From positions 630,001 through 662,000 of the forward strand of contig NC_006138.1 of the NCBI RefSeq assembly GCF_000025945.1: 32,000 nt of DNA, written 5' to 3'. Source of the DNA: Desulfotalea psychrophila LSv54 (GTDB taxonomy: Bacteria; Desulfobacterota; Desulfobulbia; Desulfobulbales; Desulfocapsaceae). How positions within the stretch are numbered: position 1 is the stretch's first letter; the number at the start of each line of letters is the position of its first letter. Under the pieces are notes generated by a model that saw only the letters and a program-made list of their open reading frames with translations, had not been told where the DNA came from and ran no database searches. Positions 10,036-19,293 of this stretch are shown here, one piece after another. The position numbers were made by a program, and so were the translations under genes.

Positions 10036-10800
10036 ATGTGTACCACCTGCGGTTGTCCAAGCCCCTCTGATACTGCCCACTCCCACGATCACGATCACGA
10101 TCATGATCACAGCCACACACACAAAACCGTTGACGTTCATACCAGCCTCTTTGCCGCCAACGACGCCCTGGCCAAGATGAACCGCGAACACTTCAACGAA
10201 ATTGGTGCCGTTGCCCTCAACCTTATAAGCAGCCCGGGCTCCGGAAAAACTACCCTGCTTGAACATACCATCGAAGCCCTCAAGGGTGAGATTAAAATTG
10301 GTGTTATCGAGGGTGATATTGAAACAGAGCGCGATGCAGACCGCATCCGAGCCAAGGGTGTGCCCGTGGTTCAACTGACCACCGGCGGCGCCTGCCATCT
10401 TGATGCGGCCATGACCCATAAGGGATTTCACCGCCTGGAAAAAGAGCCGGGATACGAGACTGTGGATCTGCTCTTCATCGAAAACGTGGGTAACCTTGTA
10501 TGTCCATGTTCCTTTGATCTGGGTGAACATGAGCGGGTGGTACTGGTCTCCGTACCAGAGGGCCCTGACAAACCTGCCAAATACCCCAAGGCATTTACCA
10601 GCTCCGATACCTTTGTCATCACCAAAACAGACCTTCTTCCATACTTTGACTTCCCGGTAGAAGAGGCTCGGGCAGAGGCACTCCACCTCAACCATCATCT
10701 TCGCACAATGGAGCTCTGCGCCACCAAGCAGGACGAAGGTTTTCAACAGTGGCTTGACTACCTGCGTGAACTGGTGGCCAAGAAGAGGGGACTGAAGTAG
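10036..10800 (+). CDS. hypB: Hydrogenase nickel incorporation GTPase HypB
   Basis: N-terminal CTTCGC, a His-rich stretch (HSHDHDHDHDHSHTH), and GTPase P-loop SSPGSGKTTLLE. Confidence 0.97.
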   Translation: MCTTCGCPSPSDTAHSHDHDHDHDHSHTHKTVDVHTSLFAANDALAKMNREHFNEIGAVALNLISSPGSGKTTLLEHTIEALKGEIKIGVIEGDIETERDADRIRAKGVPVVQLTTGGACHLDAAMTHKGFHRLEKEPGYETVDLLFIENVGNLVCPCSFDLGEHERVVLVSVPEGPDKPAKYPKAFTSSDTFVITKTDLLPYFDFPVEEARAEALHLNHHLRTMELCATKQDEGFQQWLDYLRELVAKKRGLK

Positions 10801-10822
10801 CATTTCCCCTCTCTCTGCCAGC

Positions 10823-10868
10823 AAAAAAGAGGCCCGAGCGAAGAGTTCTTCGCCCGGGCCCTCTCTTT
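10823..10868. terminator. Bidirectional rho-independent terminator between hypB and the convergent DUF4125-like gene
   Basis: aaaaaagaGGCCCGAGCGAAGAgtTCTTCGCCCGGGCCctctcttt: a strong GC-rich imperfect stem with an A run on the left. T-rich sequence follows on the right, and the A run reads as T on the opposite strand. Confidence 0.8.
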
Positions 10869-10895
10869 CACAGAGCTCAGAGTTTAAAAAATTCC

Positions 10896-11498
10896 CTATT
10901 GCTTCTTCTCCGCTGCATCGGCTGATGCATACCCCTGTTCCCGGGCTAAATGGTCATAGATTTCCTCGGACATACTCCTCCCCTCGGCCTGATACCTCTG
11001 CACATCCTTATAGAGAAGCTTCAGAGTCTCTTCAGCGTAAGTCTCCAGCTCCGCCTGGACATAGGTGGAAAAGCTTGCCCAATCAAGGCCCTGCTCCTCA
11101 CCAGCAAGTTGTCGTCCCCGAGACATCATCCGCGGATGCTTGTCAATAAAGGCCCTCTGCCAGGCCAGTTGTGCCGATACTATCTTGGCAATAAAAGGAC
11201 TCTCGTTCTCAGAGGGAATGAGATTTCCCATCCGTGCATATTTATAGATCATCAGGTTACGGCCAATATGATGGGCCCGACCAAGATCTCTCAGATAACT
11301 CTGTAAAGTTGCCTCCGACCAGACAGCGAGTTGCGAGGTTCTGTGCAGGCGAAAATCAGCTGAGATCTCGCCAACGGATGGTAGGGATTTTTCCAGAGGG
11401 TTTTTCCCTCCCGAATCATTCACCCGAATAAACATCTGCCACTCAAAGGCCAAGACCTCTTCAACAATTTTTTCCCTATCCATTATCGTCCTCCCCAA
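10896..11498 (-). CDS. DUF4125 family protein (uncharacterised)
   Basis: Sequence resembles DUF4125 proteins (EEVLAFEWQMFIRVNDSGGKNPLEK...; LGRAHHIGRNLMIYKYARM). Assignment is from recall, without a search. Confidence 0.65.
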   Translation of the reverse strand: MGRTIMDREKIVEEVLAFEWQMFIRVNDSGGKNPLEKSLPSVGEISADFRLHRTSQLAVWSEATLQSYLRDLGRAHHIGRNLMIYKYARMGNLIPSENESPFIAKIVSAQLAWQRAFIDKHPRMMSRGRQLAGEEQGLDWASFSTYVQAELETYAEETLKLLYKDVQRYQAEGRSMSEEIYDHLAREQGYASADAAEKKQ

Positions 11499-12430
11499 AA
11501 TCCGGCGCGAAATTCAGCGTCCTCTATCCCTGCCAAAATCAGTGGTACCTGATCCAGCAAAAAAGGCGTCTTTTCCCTAATGAGCCCCTGCTCATAAAAC
11601 TCTAATATAAGCCGCTGACAAATTCTCTCAATGATATTCTGCTGACAGACCCATGTATCTTCTCCACCTGTCATCTCTGCATTGGAGCAAAGAAGATCTC
11701 TTAAAAGTGGTGCCACCTCCACACCAAGAAGGGGCAGACGTTCAAGACCTCGAAGCAGCCACTTAAAATAGGGGGCATAGGCCCTGTTGAGCAGATAGAT
11801 CAGCTGCATCGCCTCGGTACAAAACTGGACCTTAGCATGCGCCATCACATAGGGATCTGAACGCATTATACCTCGCTGCCAATTATACTGCCCCGCTTGG
11901 CCAGCGCGCATGCAACCATCTGCCACCATCTTCAAACGAATATCTTCGGGGTAATAGGCAAGCAGGGCATCCCGCCAGGCAGTAAAGGTACCCAGAGGAT
12001 CAACAAAAACCTCGCCATTGGTGCAGAGGCTAAGATGAGAGGAGGGAATATTCCACTGGCCAAGGGTCCGGGGCGGAGCGGTCAAGCCTGTGTAACGTCT
12101 GTAAAACGAGGAGATAGACATGGCGCCCACCCGCCCATCTTCCCCCTGGCTGACCTGTCGGGGAGAAAAACCTGCAAAAGACTGCGGCAACTGGCAGTAG
12201 ACTGCCTGCAGGGCCTCACCATGAAGGGCAAAATCTTCATCGGTCAACCAGAGACAAAAAGATGGGCCCCAATCATGGTCCCGGGAAAACTGATCATCAA
12301 AGCCAAGACACTCGGAACCCGGGCCCACCAAGCCCACCGCCACCCGATCCATCAGAACTCCAAACCGATCGTAAAGAACATCTCGACCACACTCCTCATA
12401 GTACTTTCTACTCAAGATCAAACCATCCAT
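11483..12430 (-). CDS. DUF4037-like protein (putative nucleotidyltransferase-fold)
   Basis: VGLVGPGSECLGFDDQFSRDHDWGPSFCLWL resembles the G-S...DxD neighbourhood of nucleotidyltransferase folds. Overlaps the downstream DUF4125-like gene by 16 nt. Confidence 0.6.
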   Translation of the reverse strand: MDGLILSRKYYEECGRDVLYDRFGVLMDRVAVGLVGPGSECLGFDDQFSRDHDWGPSFCLWLTDEDFALHGEALQAVYCQLPQSFAGFSPRQVSQGEDGRVGAMSISSFYRRYTGLTAPPRTLGQWNIPSSHLSLCTNGEVFVDPLGTFTAWRDALLAYYPEDIRLKMVADGCMRAGQAGQYNWQRGIMRSDPYVMAHAKVQFCTEAMQLIYLLNRAYAPYFKWLLRGLERLPLLGVEVAPLLRDLLCSNAEMTGGEDTWVCQQNIIERICQRLILEFYEQGLIREKTPFLLDQVPLILAGIEDAEFRAGFWGGR

Positions 12431-12608
12431 ATCCCCTCCATAAGAGCAAAAGCTATAATTAGCTAATGCACCATAATTTCTATCAAAACAGCCATATTTA
12501 CCCTTGACCTGAATAACACTTCTTTGTAGTTTAACCTAACGTCAATATTCCTGCTCGGGCCACTTGCCACAGTAAGCCAGATGCCACAATTACAATGAGG
12601 TTTTAAAG

Positions 12609-14045
12609 ATGATGATCTGTATGAAAAGACTCCCATGGTACATTATAGCACTCTATCTAGCTATTAGCCTCGGTGGCTGTGGGGCAACTCTGAATCAAAA
12701 AAAGCTTGGGACATTCAACCAACATCTACAGACAGGCCGACACCAGCAGGCCCTTGACCTGGCCATGAATGCAGGCGACTTTGATCAAGAGGACAGAGGA
12801 ACAGATCTCCTCTGGGATCTGCAGGCAGGAAACGTCCTCACCCTTCTCGGCCAGTTTAAGAGAAGCAACTACGTCTATGATCAGGCAGAGCTCTTGATGA
12901 AAGATAAGGATACCGAAGGAATGGCGACGAAGGGTGTCGGCAAAATCGGCTCCATGTTGATCAATAACAGTGTCAATGGCTACCAGCAAACGGTATACGA
13001 TTCAGTAATGATTAATACCTATAAGGGTTTAAACGACATCCTCCTCCATGACTGGCAGAATGCCCGCGTCGAATTCAATAGGGCGGCCGATCGACAGCGA
13101 CGAGCAAAAGAACACTTTAAAAAGAAGATTGCCGAGCAGGAAAAACGTCTAGCCAAGGAAGAGAAAAAAAGCAGGCGACAAAAGGCAGGACCTAGCTGGA
13201 ATATGCGAGGTGCCAGTGCAGAAATCGACAAGAACTTTACCGAATTGAATGGTTGGAAGGCCTATGGCGACTACATCAACCCATACACCGACTATCTTCA
13301 TGGCCTCTTCTTTATGCTGGCGGCAAGCGGCAATAGCAGATCTGACTACGACAAGGCTGTTTATTCATTCAAACGGGTGGCTGGCACCCATGGCCGCAAC
13401 AAGGTCATTAAAAAGGACCTCTATCTTGCTCGCAAGCTCCAGTCGGGTCAGTGGAGAAAAAACAGGCTCAGCCCACGAGTATGGGTTATCTTTGAAAATG
13501 GTCTGGCCCCTACCGTCGACGAAATTATTATTCCGGTACCTCTCTTTCTGGTTACCAAGGATGTTGACTATGTGCAAATTGCCCTGCCCAAAATTGTCGA
13601 GCAACCGGGTGCCTACCCCAACCTGCAGGTATCAGCGGCAGGAAAGAAACTTGGCTCTACCCAGCAAATCGCCAGCATAGACCGAGTGGTAGAGAGTGAA
13701 TTCAAAAAGGAATATCCCTATAAGGTGACCGAGGCCCTGATCAGTGCCGCCATAAAGGGAACCATCCAGTATGTGGCTGAAAAAGAGGCGGGGGATCTCG
13801 GCAGCATCCTCAGCATCGTCTACCAGGCAGCCACCACCCATGCGGATACCAGAAGCTGGACGGCCCTGCCCAAAGAGGTACAGGCCCTACAAATCAAAAA
13901 GCCCAAATGTAACAGCATTACCCTCAGTGCGAAGGGAATGCTACAGCCAGTGAAGGTGGCACTTCCAAAAAACCGTTTCAGCATTGTTCATGTTCGGGCA
14001 GCAGGAGTAGGTAGCCAACCAACTGTACAGGTTGTTGGCTTTTAA
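12609..14045 (+). CDS. COG3014-like lipoprotein (start possibly at 12624, MKRLPWYI)
   Basis: Signal peptide with lipobox-like ISLGGCG, a TPR-like N-terminal region, and a Lys/Arg/Glu-rich coiled segment. Confidence 0.65.
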   Translation: MMICMKRLPWYIIALYLAISLGGCGATLNQKKLGTFNQHLQTGRHQQALDLAMNAGDFDQEDRGTDLLWDLQAGNVLTLLGQFKRSNYVYDQAELLMKDKDTEGMATKGVGKIGSMLINNSVNGYQQTVYDSVMINTYKGLNDILLHDWQNARVEFNRAADRQRRAKEHFKKKIAEQEKRLAKEEKKSRRQKAGPSWNMRGASAEIDKNFTELNGWKAYGDYINPYTDYLHGLFFMLAASGNSRSDYDKAVYSFKRVAGTHGRNKVIKKDLYLARKLQSGQWRKNRLSPRVWVIFENGLAPTVDEIIIPVPLFLVTKDVDYVQIALPKIVEQPGAYPNLQVSAAGKKLGSTQQIASIDRVVESEFKKEYPYKVTEALISAAIKGTIQYVAEKEAGDLGSILSIVYQAATTHADTRSWTALPKEVQALQIKKPKCNSITLSAKGMLQPVKVALPKNRFSIVHVRAAGVGSQPTVQVVGF

Positions 14046-14069
14046 TAGGGTAGATACAGGAGACAGACA

Positions 14070-14456
14070 ATGTTACAACGTATAATATTTATTCTCGCGC
14101 TCATTCTCGCCCCGCAGCTAGGCAGTAGCGCTATCATCTCTTCCTCTCATAGCACAGCCACCTCTTCTCTGCAGCTGGGGCCAAAGGCGGCAAAATATAT
14201 AGAGGTCAGCGAAATACGGGGCGGTCGCCTGCCAAGCGGGCTTTTCCGGGCCCGCTTTATCGGAGACAGCACCAGTAGCTTTAAAAAAGAGATTAAATAT
14301 CGCTTTGTCTGGCTGGATTGCTCAGGATTTGAACTCAGCGGTATAACCAGTACCTGGCAGAGCATCAGGCTCAGCCCTAAGGATGAAGTACGCCTGCAAT
14401 CAGTGGCCACCAGTCCCCGGGCAAGTAACTTTCAGGTTATCATCAAAGAACTCTAG
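14070..14456 (+). CDS. YcfL/DUF1425-like exported protein
   Basis: N-terminal signal peptide, IEVSEIRGGRLPSGLFRARFIGDSTSSFKKEIKYRFVWLDCSGFEL, and position next to an LpoB-like gene. Confidence 0.6.
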   Translation: MLQRIIFILALILAPQLGSSAIISSSHSTATSSLQLGPKAAKYIEVSEIRGGRLPSGLFRARFIGDSTSSFKKEIKYRFVWLDCSGFELSGITSTWQSIRLSPKDEVRLQSVATSPRASNFQVIIKEL

Positions 14457-14492
14457 AAAACCCTTTAAATATCCCCCAACAGGAGAAGTAGA

Positions 14493-15104
14493 ATGCGTTC
14501 ATATCTTTATCTTATTTTTGCCATCGCTATCAGCCTTGGTCTCACCGGTTGTGTCCAACAAAAAACAGTACGACTTCAGGCGGACGACCTTGGTGAACCG
14601 ATGACAACCGGACTCAGCAACCGTGATTTTGAAATTGCTGCCAACCACACCATACAGTCCATGCTCGGCTCCGGTGCCGTTGCCCCGGTCAATGGCAAGA
14701 AAAATATTCTGGTGATTTCTCATATCCTCAATGACACCATGCAACGCATCGACACAGATCAGCTCATTAAAAAGATCCGTATCGCCCTTCTGCAGAGTGG
14801 CATGGTTAAAACCACCACCGCAATCGGCCTCAACGGCGCGGAAGATCGCATGAACGACGCCTATAGCCAATTGGCACGTTCCAAAAGAATCAACAAACGT
14901 ACCCTGCAAAAGCAGAGCCTCACCGCTCCCAACATGAGCCTTTCCGGTAAGATCATCCAACGTAACCAAAGAGTTGACGGCGGTCGCCAGCTGATTGAAT
15001 ACTACTTCCAGCTCACCCTGACCGATCTCAGTGATGGCCTTGGCGTCTGGGAAGGAGAGACTCCTATCCGTAAGCTGGCCAGTAAAGACAGCGTTTCGTG
15101 GTAA
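14493..15104 (+). CDS. lpoB-like: LpoB-like lipoprotein (penicillin-binding protein activator family)
   Basis: Lipobox LGLTGCVQ, region LSNRDFEIAANHTIQSMLGSG...KNILVISHILNDTMQRIDTDQLIKKIRIALLQSG, and C-terminal YYFQLTLTDLSDGLGVWEGETPIRK. Confidence 0.75.
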   Translation: MRSYLYLIFAIAISLGLTGCVQQKTVRLQADDLGEPMTTGLSNRDFEIAANHTIQSMLGSGAVAPVNGKKNILVISHILNDTMQRIDTDQLIKKIRIALLQSGMVKTTTAIGLNGAEDRMNDAYSQLARSKRINKRTLQKQSLTAPNMSLSGKIIQRNQRVDGGRQLIEYYFQLTLTDLSDGLGVWEGETPIRKLASKDSVSW

Positions 15105-15115
15105 GGAACCCCTCA

Positions 15116-16507
15116 ATGAAAAAACATATTGCTGCCCTCCTCCTGCTCACAGGCCTCGGATGCACCAGCACCGGCTGGAGCACGGAACAAATGGCATCGA
15201 GCGCAGAGCCCGGCTACCCCACAGATTCCATGGCCACCATGGTTGTGGATGAAGCCGATGCCGAAGCAGGCCAGATGTCTCTGGAAGAATTCGAAAAAAC
15301 CCTGTCCCTGGACAAGGCACGTCTTGAAGATAGTGGTAAATTTTCCTGGGTGGGCTACGCCTACCAGACAGTTTCCGTGGGCAAGGCGCACCCTAACTGG
15401 GGTAAGTCCCGGGTTATTGCCGCTCAAAAGGCCATTATGGCCGCCGAAAACAACTTTGCCAAAGAGTTTGGCCAGAAAATTTCCTCGGAAAAAATCGCTG
15501 CATACTATAACGATGGCAACGAAAAAATCCCCGACTTTGACCCCACGGCAGAAGGCGAAAGCAGTCAGTGGAAACGTATCTACCACAAGCTTACCACCCT
15601 GGCCGAAAGAAAAATTGACCAAAGCCTGGCAGACCTCGGTCTTGATCCAAAAGAGCTTGAACTGATCCCCGAAGAACAGCGCTATCTCAAATTTCGTGAT
15701 GCCTTCAAATCAACCATTAACAGATCGGCAATTGCGGAACTCAGTGGCCTTCTCACCTTCAAAACCTATGAGGGCTTTGACAATGATGGCCAGTATCAAG
15801 TCGGAGTGATGATGGTACTCTCACCCAGGATGAAGCAGCTCGCCTGGGATCTGGCCCGTAGCAAAGGAAACATTGCCCCAGTTGCCGGCAAAGCAGGTTC
15901 CCGACAACTGAACAAAATTGTTACCTCTGAGAATATCAGCCTCATCCCTGATTTTGGGGTAAAAAGGCTCTATGATCGCAATGGCTATCCGGTACTGGTC
16001 TCCTTTGGCCAATGGGCCATCTCAAGCACCGGCGGGAATGGCAAAAAAATATCCCGCAAACGAGCCCACGCCTACAAACAGGCGGAGGCCCAAGCTGACC
16101 AGGCCCTGGCAGAATTTTTAAACTCCCGCATCAACTACTCGGATATGAATGAAAGCGGGGAGGAGAGCAAAAGCGAAGGGGTGGTCGATGAACAGAACTT
16201 CAAGAGCAATGTCGATATCACCTCCATCATCGATATTACCCGTGAAAATTCGGTCAAGAAGAGCAAGGTCAATATTGTTGGTATCCGCGAACTGCGACGC
16301 TGGAGTGCAGTACACCCTCAAAACAACAGTGCCAGAATTGTAGGTGTTATCCGCTACTGGAGCCCGGTTAACGAAAAGCAGATGCGGGCAATTCGTAAAT
16401 GGAAACCAAGTCGTCCCATTGCAGAAAAAAGACAACCCGCTCCCGTCCCCCGCACAACCGGCGGCATACAACAGAGCCAGGAACGTATGAGTCTCGATGA
16501 TTTCTAA
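15116..16507 (+). CDS. Exported protein, DUF6844-like
   Basis: Signal peptide MKKHIAALLLLTGLGCTSTGWS. The family name is tentative. ATG 15116 is preferred over the GTG at 15098. Confidence 0.55.
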   Translation: MKKHIAALLLLTGLGCTSTGWSTEQMASSAEPGYPTDSMATMVVDEADAEAGQMSLEEFEKTLSLDKARLEDSGKFSWVGYAYQTVSVGKAHPNWGKSRVIAAQKAIMAAENNFAKEFGQKISSEKIAAYYNDGNEKIPDFDPTAEGESSQWKRIYHKLTTLAERKIDQSLADLGLDPKELELIPEEQRYLKFRDAFKSTINRSAIAELSGLLTFKTYEGFDNDGQYQVGVMMVLSPRMKQLAWDLARSKGNIAPVAGKAGSRQLNKIVTSENISLIPDFGVKRLYDRNGYPVLVSFGQWAISSTGGNGKKISRKRAHAYKQAEAQADQALAEFLNSRINYSDMNESGEESKSEGVVDEQNFKSNVDITSIIDITRENSVKKSKVNIVGIRELRRWSAVHPQNNSARIVGVIRYWSPVNEKQMRAIRKWKPSRPIAEKRQPAPVPRTTGGIQQSQERMSLDDF

Positions 16508-16563
16508 GAGCCTGAGCGAAATTTTGGCCATCTTATTTTGTAACAGACCCTAAGGAGTTTATT

Positions 16564-17760
16564 ATGCGCCTTTTACTAGCACTACTTCTAATGCTTTCCC
16601 TCTCTGTTTCAGCCCTTGCGGCCCAGAACATCAAAGAGGAAAGCCAGACAGTCACCGGTTATGGCAGCAACCCATCCGCTGCCATCGGTGATGCCCTGGT
16701 GCGGGCCGTAGGTCAGCTTAAGGGGGTAAAGATAGACTCCAAACGGATCTGTTCCCAGCTCTCCCAGGAAAATAGCTATGGGCAGGATGGTGAGTGGCAG
16801 GAAGAGTTCACCAGCAGTGAAAAGGTTCAGCAACTGCTCAAGACAAAAACAAAGGGGCAGCTGGCGGGCTATCAGGTCATTGATGTCCAAGAGGGAGAGA
16901 ACGGCTACGAGGCAAGGGTCGAGGTCAAGTACCATCGTTTCAGCGAACAGGGCTACTCTGCAGATAACCGCAGAAAGCTTGCCGTAGTCCCATTCGCCAC
17001 GGGGAAATCACGTTTTATGCTCCTCGGTGACGCCACCCCGGCCGCCAAGGTGGAGGAAGAGTTTCGCAATCGGCTCATTGACCTCTTTACCCAGTCACGA
17101 CGCCTGAGTATCCTTGATCGCCAGTACGGTGAAGCCTTTGAGACAGAAAAAGACCTCTGGCTGAGCGACGACGCAGCCAGCGGTGAAACGGCACGCCTAG
17201 GCAATGTCCGGGGAGTGGATTACCTGGTGGTCGGCACCATCCGCTCCATATGGAGCAAAAGGTATGTGGAAAAAATTCAACTGACCGGCGAGACCATCTC
17301 TACCTATGCGGGCAAGGCCCAGGTGGACTACAAGATCATCCAGGCGGCAACACGCCAGGTAAAGTGGTCTGACACCATCACGGTTAAATTCAGTGACCGC
17401 AATATCAGGAGAATGCTCTCCCGTTTTGGTTCAAGCCAGGCTGGAATGACCAATGCCATGGCCGAACGGGTTGCACAGGAGGCACTTGCCAACATCTACC
17501 CCATGCGGGTAGTTGGGGTAAAGGGCAAGACCGTCATTATCAATCAGGGAGGCAAGAGCCTGAAAAAGGGTGATAAGCTCCATGTCTACTTCGTAGGCGA
17601 GGAGATGATTGATCCCTATACCAAGGAGTCCCTTGGTCAGCTGGAAGAAAAAATTGCTACAGTGCAGGTGATTCGCCCCACCGCCAAGGTGACCTATACC
17701 AGGGTTATCGCAGGCGATGCGGAACTGATCGAAGCAGGTGCCATTATCCGTCGTAAATAA
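16564..17760 (+). CDS. CsgG/curli-secretion-like envelope protein
   Basis: Signal peptide ending ALAA, then RKLAVVPFATGKSRF...FRNRLIDLFTQSRRLSILDRQYGEAFETEKDLWLSDDA...VRGVDYLVVGTI, a CsgG-like pattern. Confidence 0.7.
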   Translation: MRLLLALLLMLSLSVSALAAQNIKEESQTVTGYGSNPSAAIGDALVRAVGQLKGVKIDSKRICSQLSQENSYGQDGEWQEEFTSSEKVQQLLKTKTKGQLAGYQVIDVQEGENGYEARVEVKYHRFSEQGYSADNRRKLAVVPFATGKSRFMLLGDATPAAKVEEEFRNRLIDLFTQSRRLSILDRQYGEAFETEKDLWLSDDAASGETARLGNVRGVDYLVVGTIRSIWSKRYVEKIQLTGETISTYAGKAQVDYKIIQAATRQVKWSDTITVKFSDRNIRRMLSRFGSSQAGMTNAMAERVAQEALANIYPMRVVGVKGKTVIINQGGKSLKKGDKLHVYFVGEEMIDPYTKESLGQLEEKIATVQVIRPTAKVTYTRVIAGDAELIEAGAIIRRK

Positions 17761-17765
17761 GAGAA

Positions 17766-17796
17766 GGGGGTTTTAGAGATCATCTCTAAAGCCCCC
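17766..17796. terminator. Convergent-gene hairpin (probable terminator)
   Basis: GGGGGTTTTAGAGAT (17766-17780) pairs with ATCTCTAAAGCCCCC (17782-17796) with one G-U wobble. It sits between two convergent genes; T tracts are weak. Confidence 0.55.
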
Positions 17797-17826
17797 TCCA
17801 GCTGTTACTGCTATTCAATTCCCAAG

Positions 17827-19137
17827 CTACCCTTTTTTGTGCTTAGCCCGCATGATCTTAAGGATAGTCTTATCGGTTGCCACCATCCCGTAGTTGCTCA
17901 AGTCGCCAATATTCTGCACGGTCTGTCTGGTCGAATCGCCAATAATTCCATCGGTATCCTTAACGCTCACCCCCTGCAGAGAAAAAAGGGCCGCCTGCAC
18001 AGCCGCACCCGCTGCCGTATTCAATTTTATGGCACAACCGGCCTTTGCCCCGTCACAGATAACACCGGCAAGATCCTCAAGGATATTCTTTATCGCCCCC
18101 TCCACCTGCTGAAGATCACCGCCGACAAGGTAGGTGATACCAGCCGTAGCTCCGGCCCCGGCTGCAACCGAACAGCCACATACCGCCGACAGCCTGCCCG
18201 TGTGAGCCTTGATATAGGCGGTGATAATATGACTGAGTCCAATGGCCCGCAGCACCGACTCCCGATCGGTTTCAATAAAATCTTTAATGGCCCAGATGGG
18301 AAGAATGGCCGTAAGGCCATGATTGCCGCTACCACCGGAACTCATAGCCGGCAGGTTGACCCCGTCCATCCTGGCATCGGCTGCCGCCGAGGTAAGCATA
18401 CGGGCACTGGTAGTCATATCCTTTACCAACAGCTTCTGCTTGAGCAGACGATCAATGTCCTTACCAATACCAAGACCGCTGCCATGCTTCAAACCATACT
18501 CAGCAAGACGGAGATTATGCTGCACCCCCTCCTCTAAAAAATCCAGATCAGCCTCATCAAGCTCATTGGTGAGATCAAGGATATCTTCCAGGGTAAGACT
18601 TCGTAGCCACTCTTCAAGTTCAGCAAGCTTATTACCCGTGGACATTGCCTCGGTGGCCACCAAACGGGGATCTGCCACCTCTTCACCGTCAAGCATGAGA
18701 CTGACAATATTGGTATGGACATCGGTGATAAGGGATTCTGCCACATGACCGCCACCGCTGATAGTGGTCTTTACATAGAGTCCGGACTCCTCACGCAGGT
18801 CAACCTTAACCCGACCCTCGGCCAAAAAGGCCGAGGCCCGGGCAACCATCTCAGGGCTCAAACTAGACAGAACCTCAAGTTTTCCATAGGCATCACCCCC
18901 AAAGGCACCCAGGGCACTGGCCGTATCAAGTCCCGTCAAACCACCACTGCCAGGAATCACCACGGCAAGTCCATTCTTATAGATATTAGGATCGATAATA
19001 AGATGAATATGGTCAAACTTCAGGCCCGGCAGGAGGGTCGCAGCTGCTGCAGCACCAAGGGCAATGGCAACAGGCTCGGTACAGCCCAGGGCCAGACAAA
19101 CTTCCATCTCAAGAATATTTTTTACGCTAAATTTCAT
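17827..19137 (-). CDS. cyuA/yhaM-like: L-cysteine desulfidase / UPF0597 (serine dehydratase alpha-like) family
   Basis: LALGCTEPVAIALGAAAA, CGCSVAAGAGATAG and CDGAKAGCAIKL motifs. The MKFSVKNILEMEVC start at 19137 is preferred over the longer ORF start at 19182. Confidence 0.88.
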   Translation of the reverse strand: MKFSVKNILEMEVCLALGCTEPVAIALGAAAAATLLPGLKFDHIHLIIDPNIYKNGLAVVIPGSGGLTGLDTASALGAFGGDAYGKLEVLSSLSPEMVARASAFLAEGRVKVDLREESGLYVKTTISGGGHVAESLITDVHTNIVSLMLDGEEVADPRLVATEAMSTGNKLAELEEWLRSLTLEDILDLTNELDEADLDFLEEGVQHNLRLAEYGLKHGSGLGIGKDIDRLLKQKLLVKDMTTSARMLTSAAADARMDGVNLPAMSSGGSGNHGLTAILPIWAIKDFIETDRESVLRAIGLSHIITAYIKAHTGRLSAVCGCSVAAGAGATAGITYLVGGDLQQVEGAIKNILEDLAGVICDGAKAGCAIKLNTAAGAAVQAALFSLQGVSVKDTDGIIGDSTRQTVQNIGDLSNYGMVATDKTILKIMRAKHKKG

Positions 19138-19293
19138 CTTTCTCCGATGTCCAATGTTAAGAATAATAGGGCAGAGCACCACAGCTGATGATCATAAACA
19201 AGAAAATGAGGCGAAAATTATTCACGTACCATGACAGATAGCAAAGAGAGGGTCTCTCAAAATGTGCATTTGCACAAAACAGAAGCGATTCCC

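Noticed and set aside
10084-10122. Short CACGAT-type tandem repeat
   Set aside because: It is explained by the metal-binding His-Asp-rich N-terminus of HypB.
9970-10824. 284-aa minus strand ORF
   Set aside because: It lies entirely across hypB on the opposite strand. hypB is unambiguous, so this is a shadow ORF; its product is low-complexity with no motifs.
17839-18537. 232-aa plus strand ORF
   Set aside because: Antisense to the well-supported cysteine desulfidase family gene.
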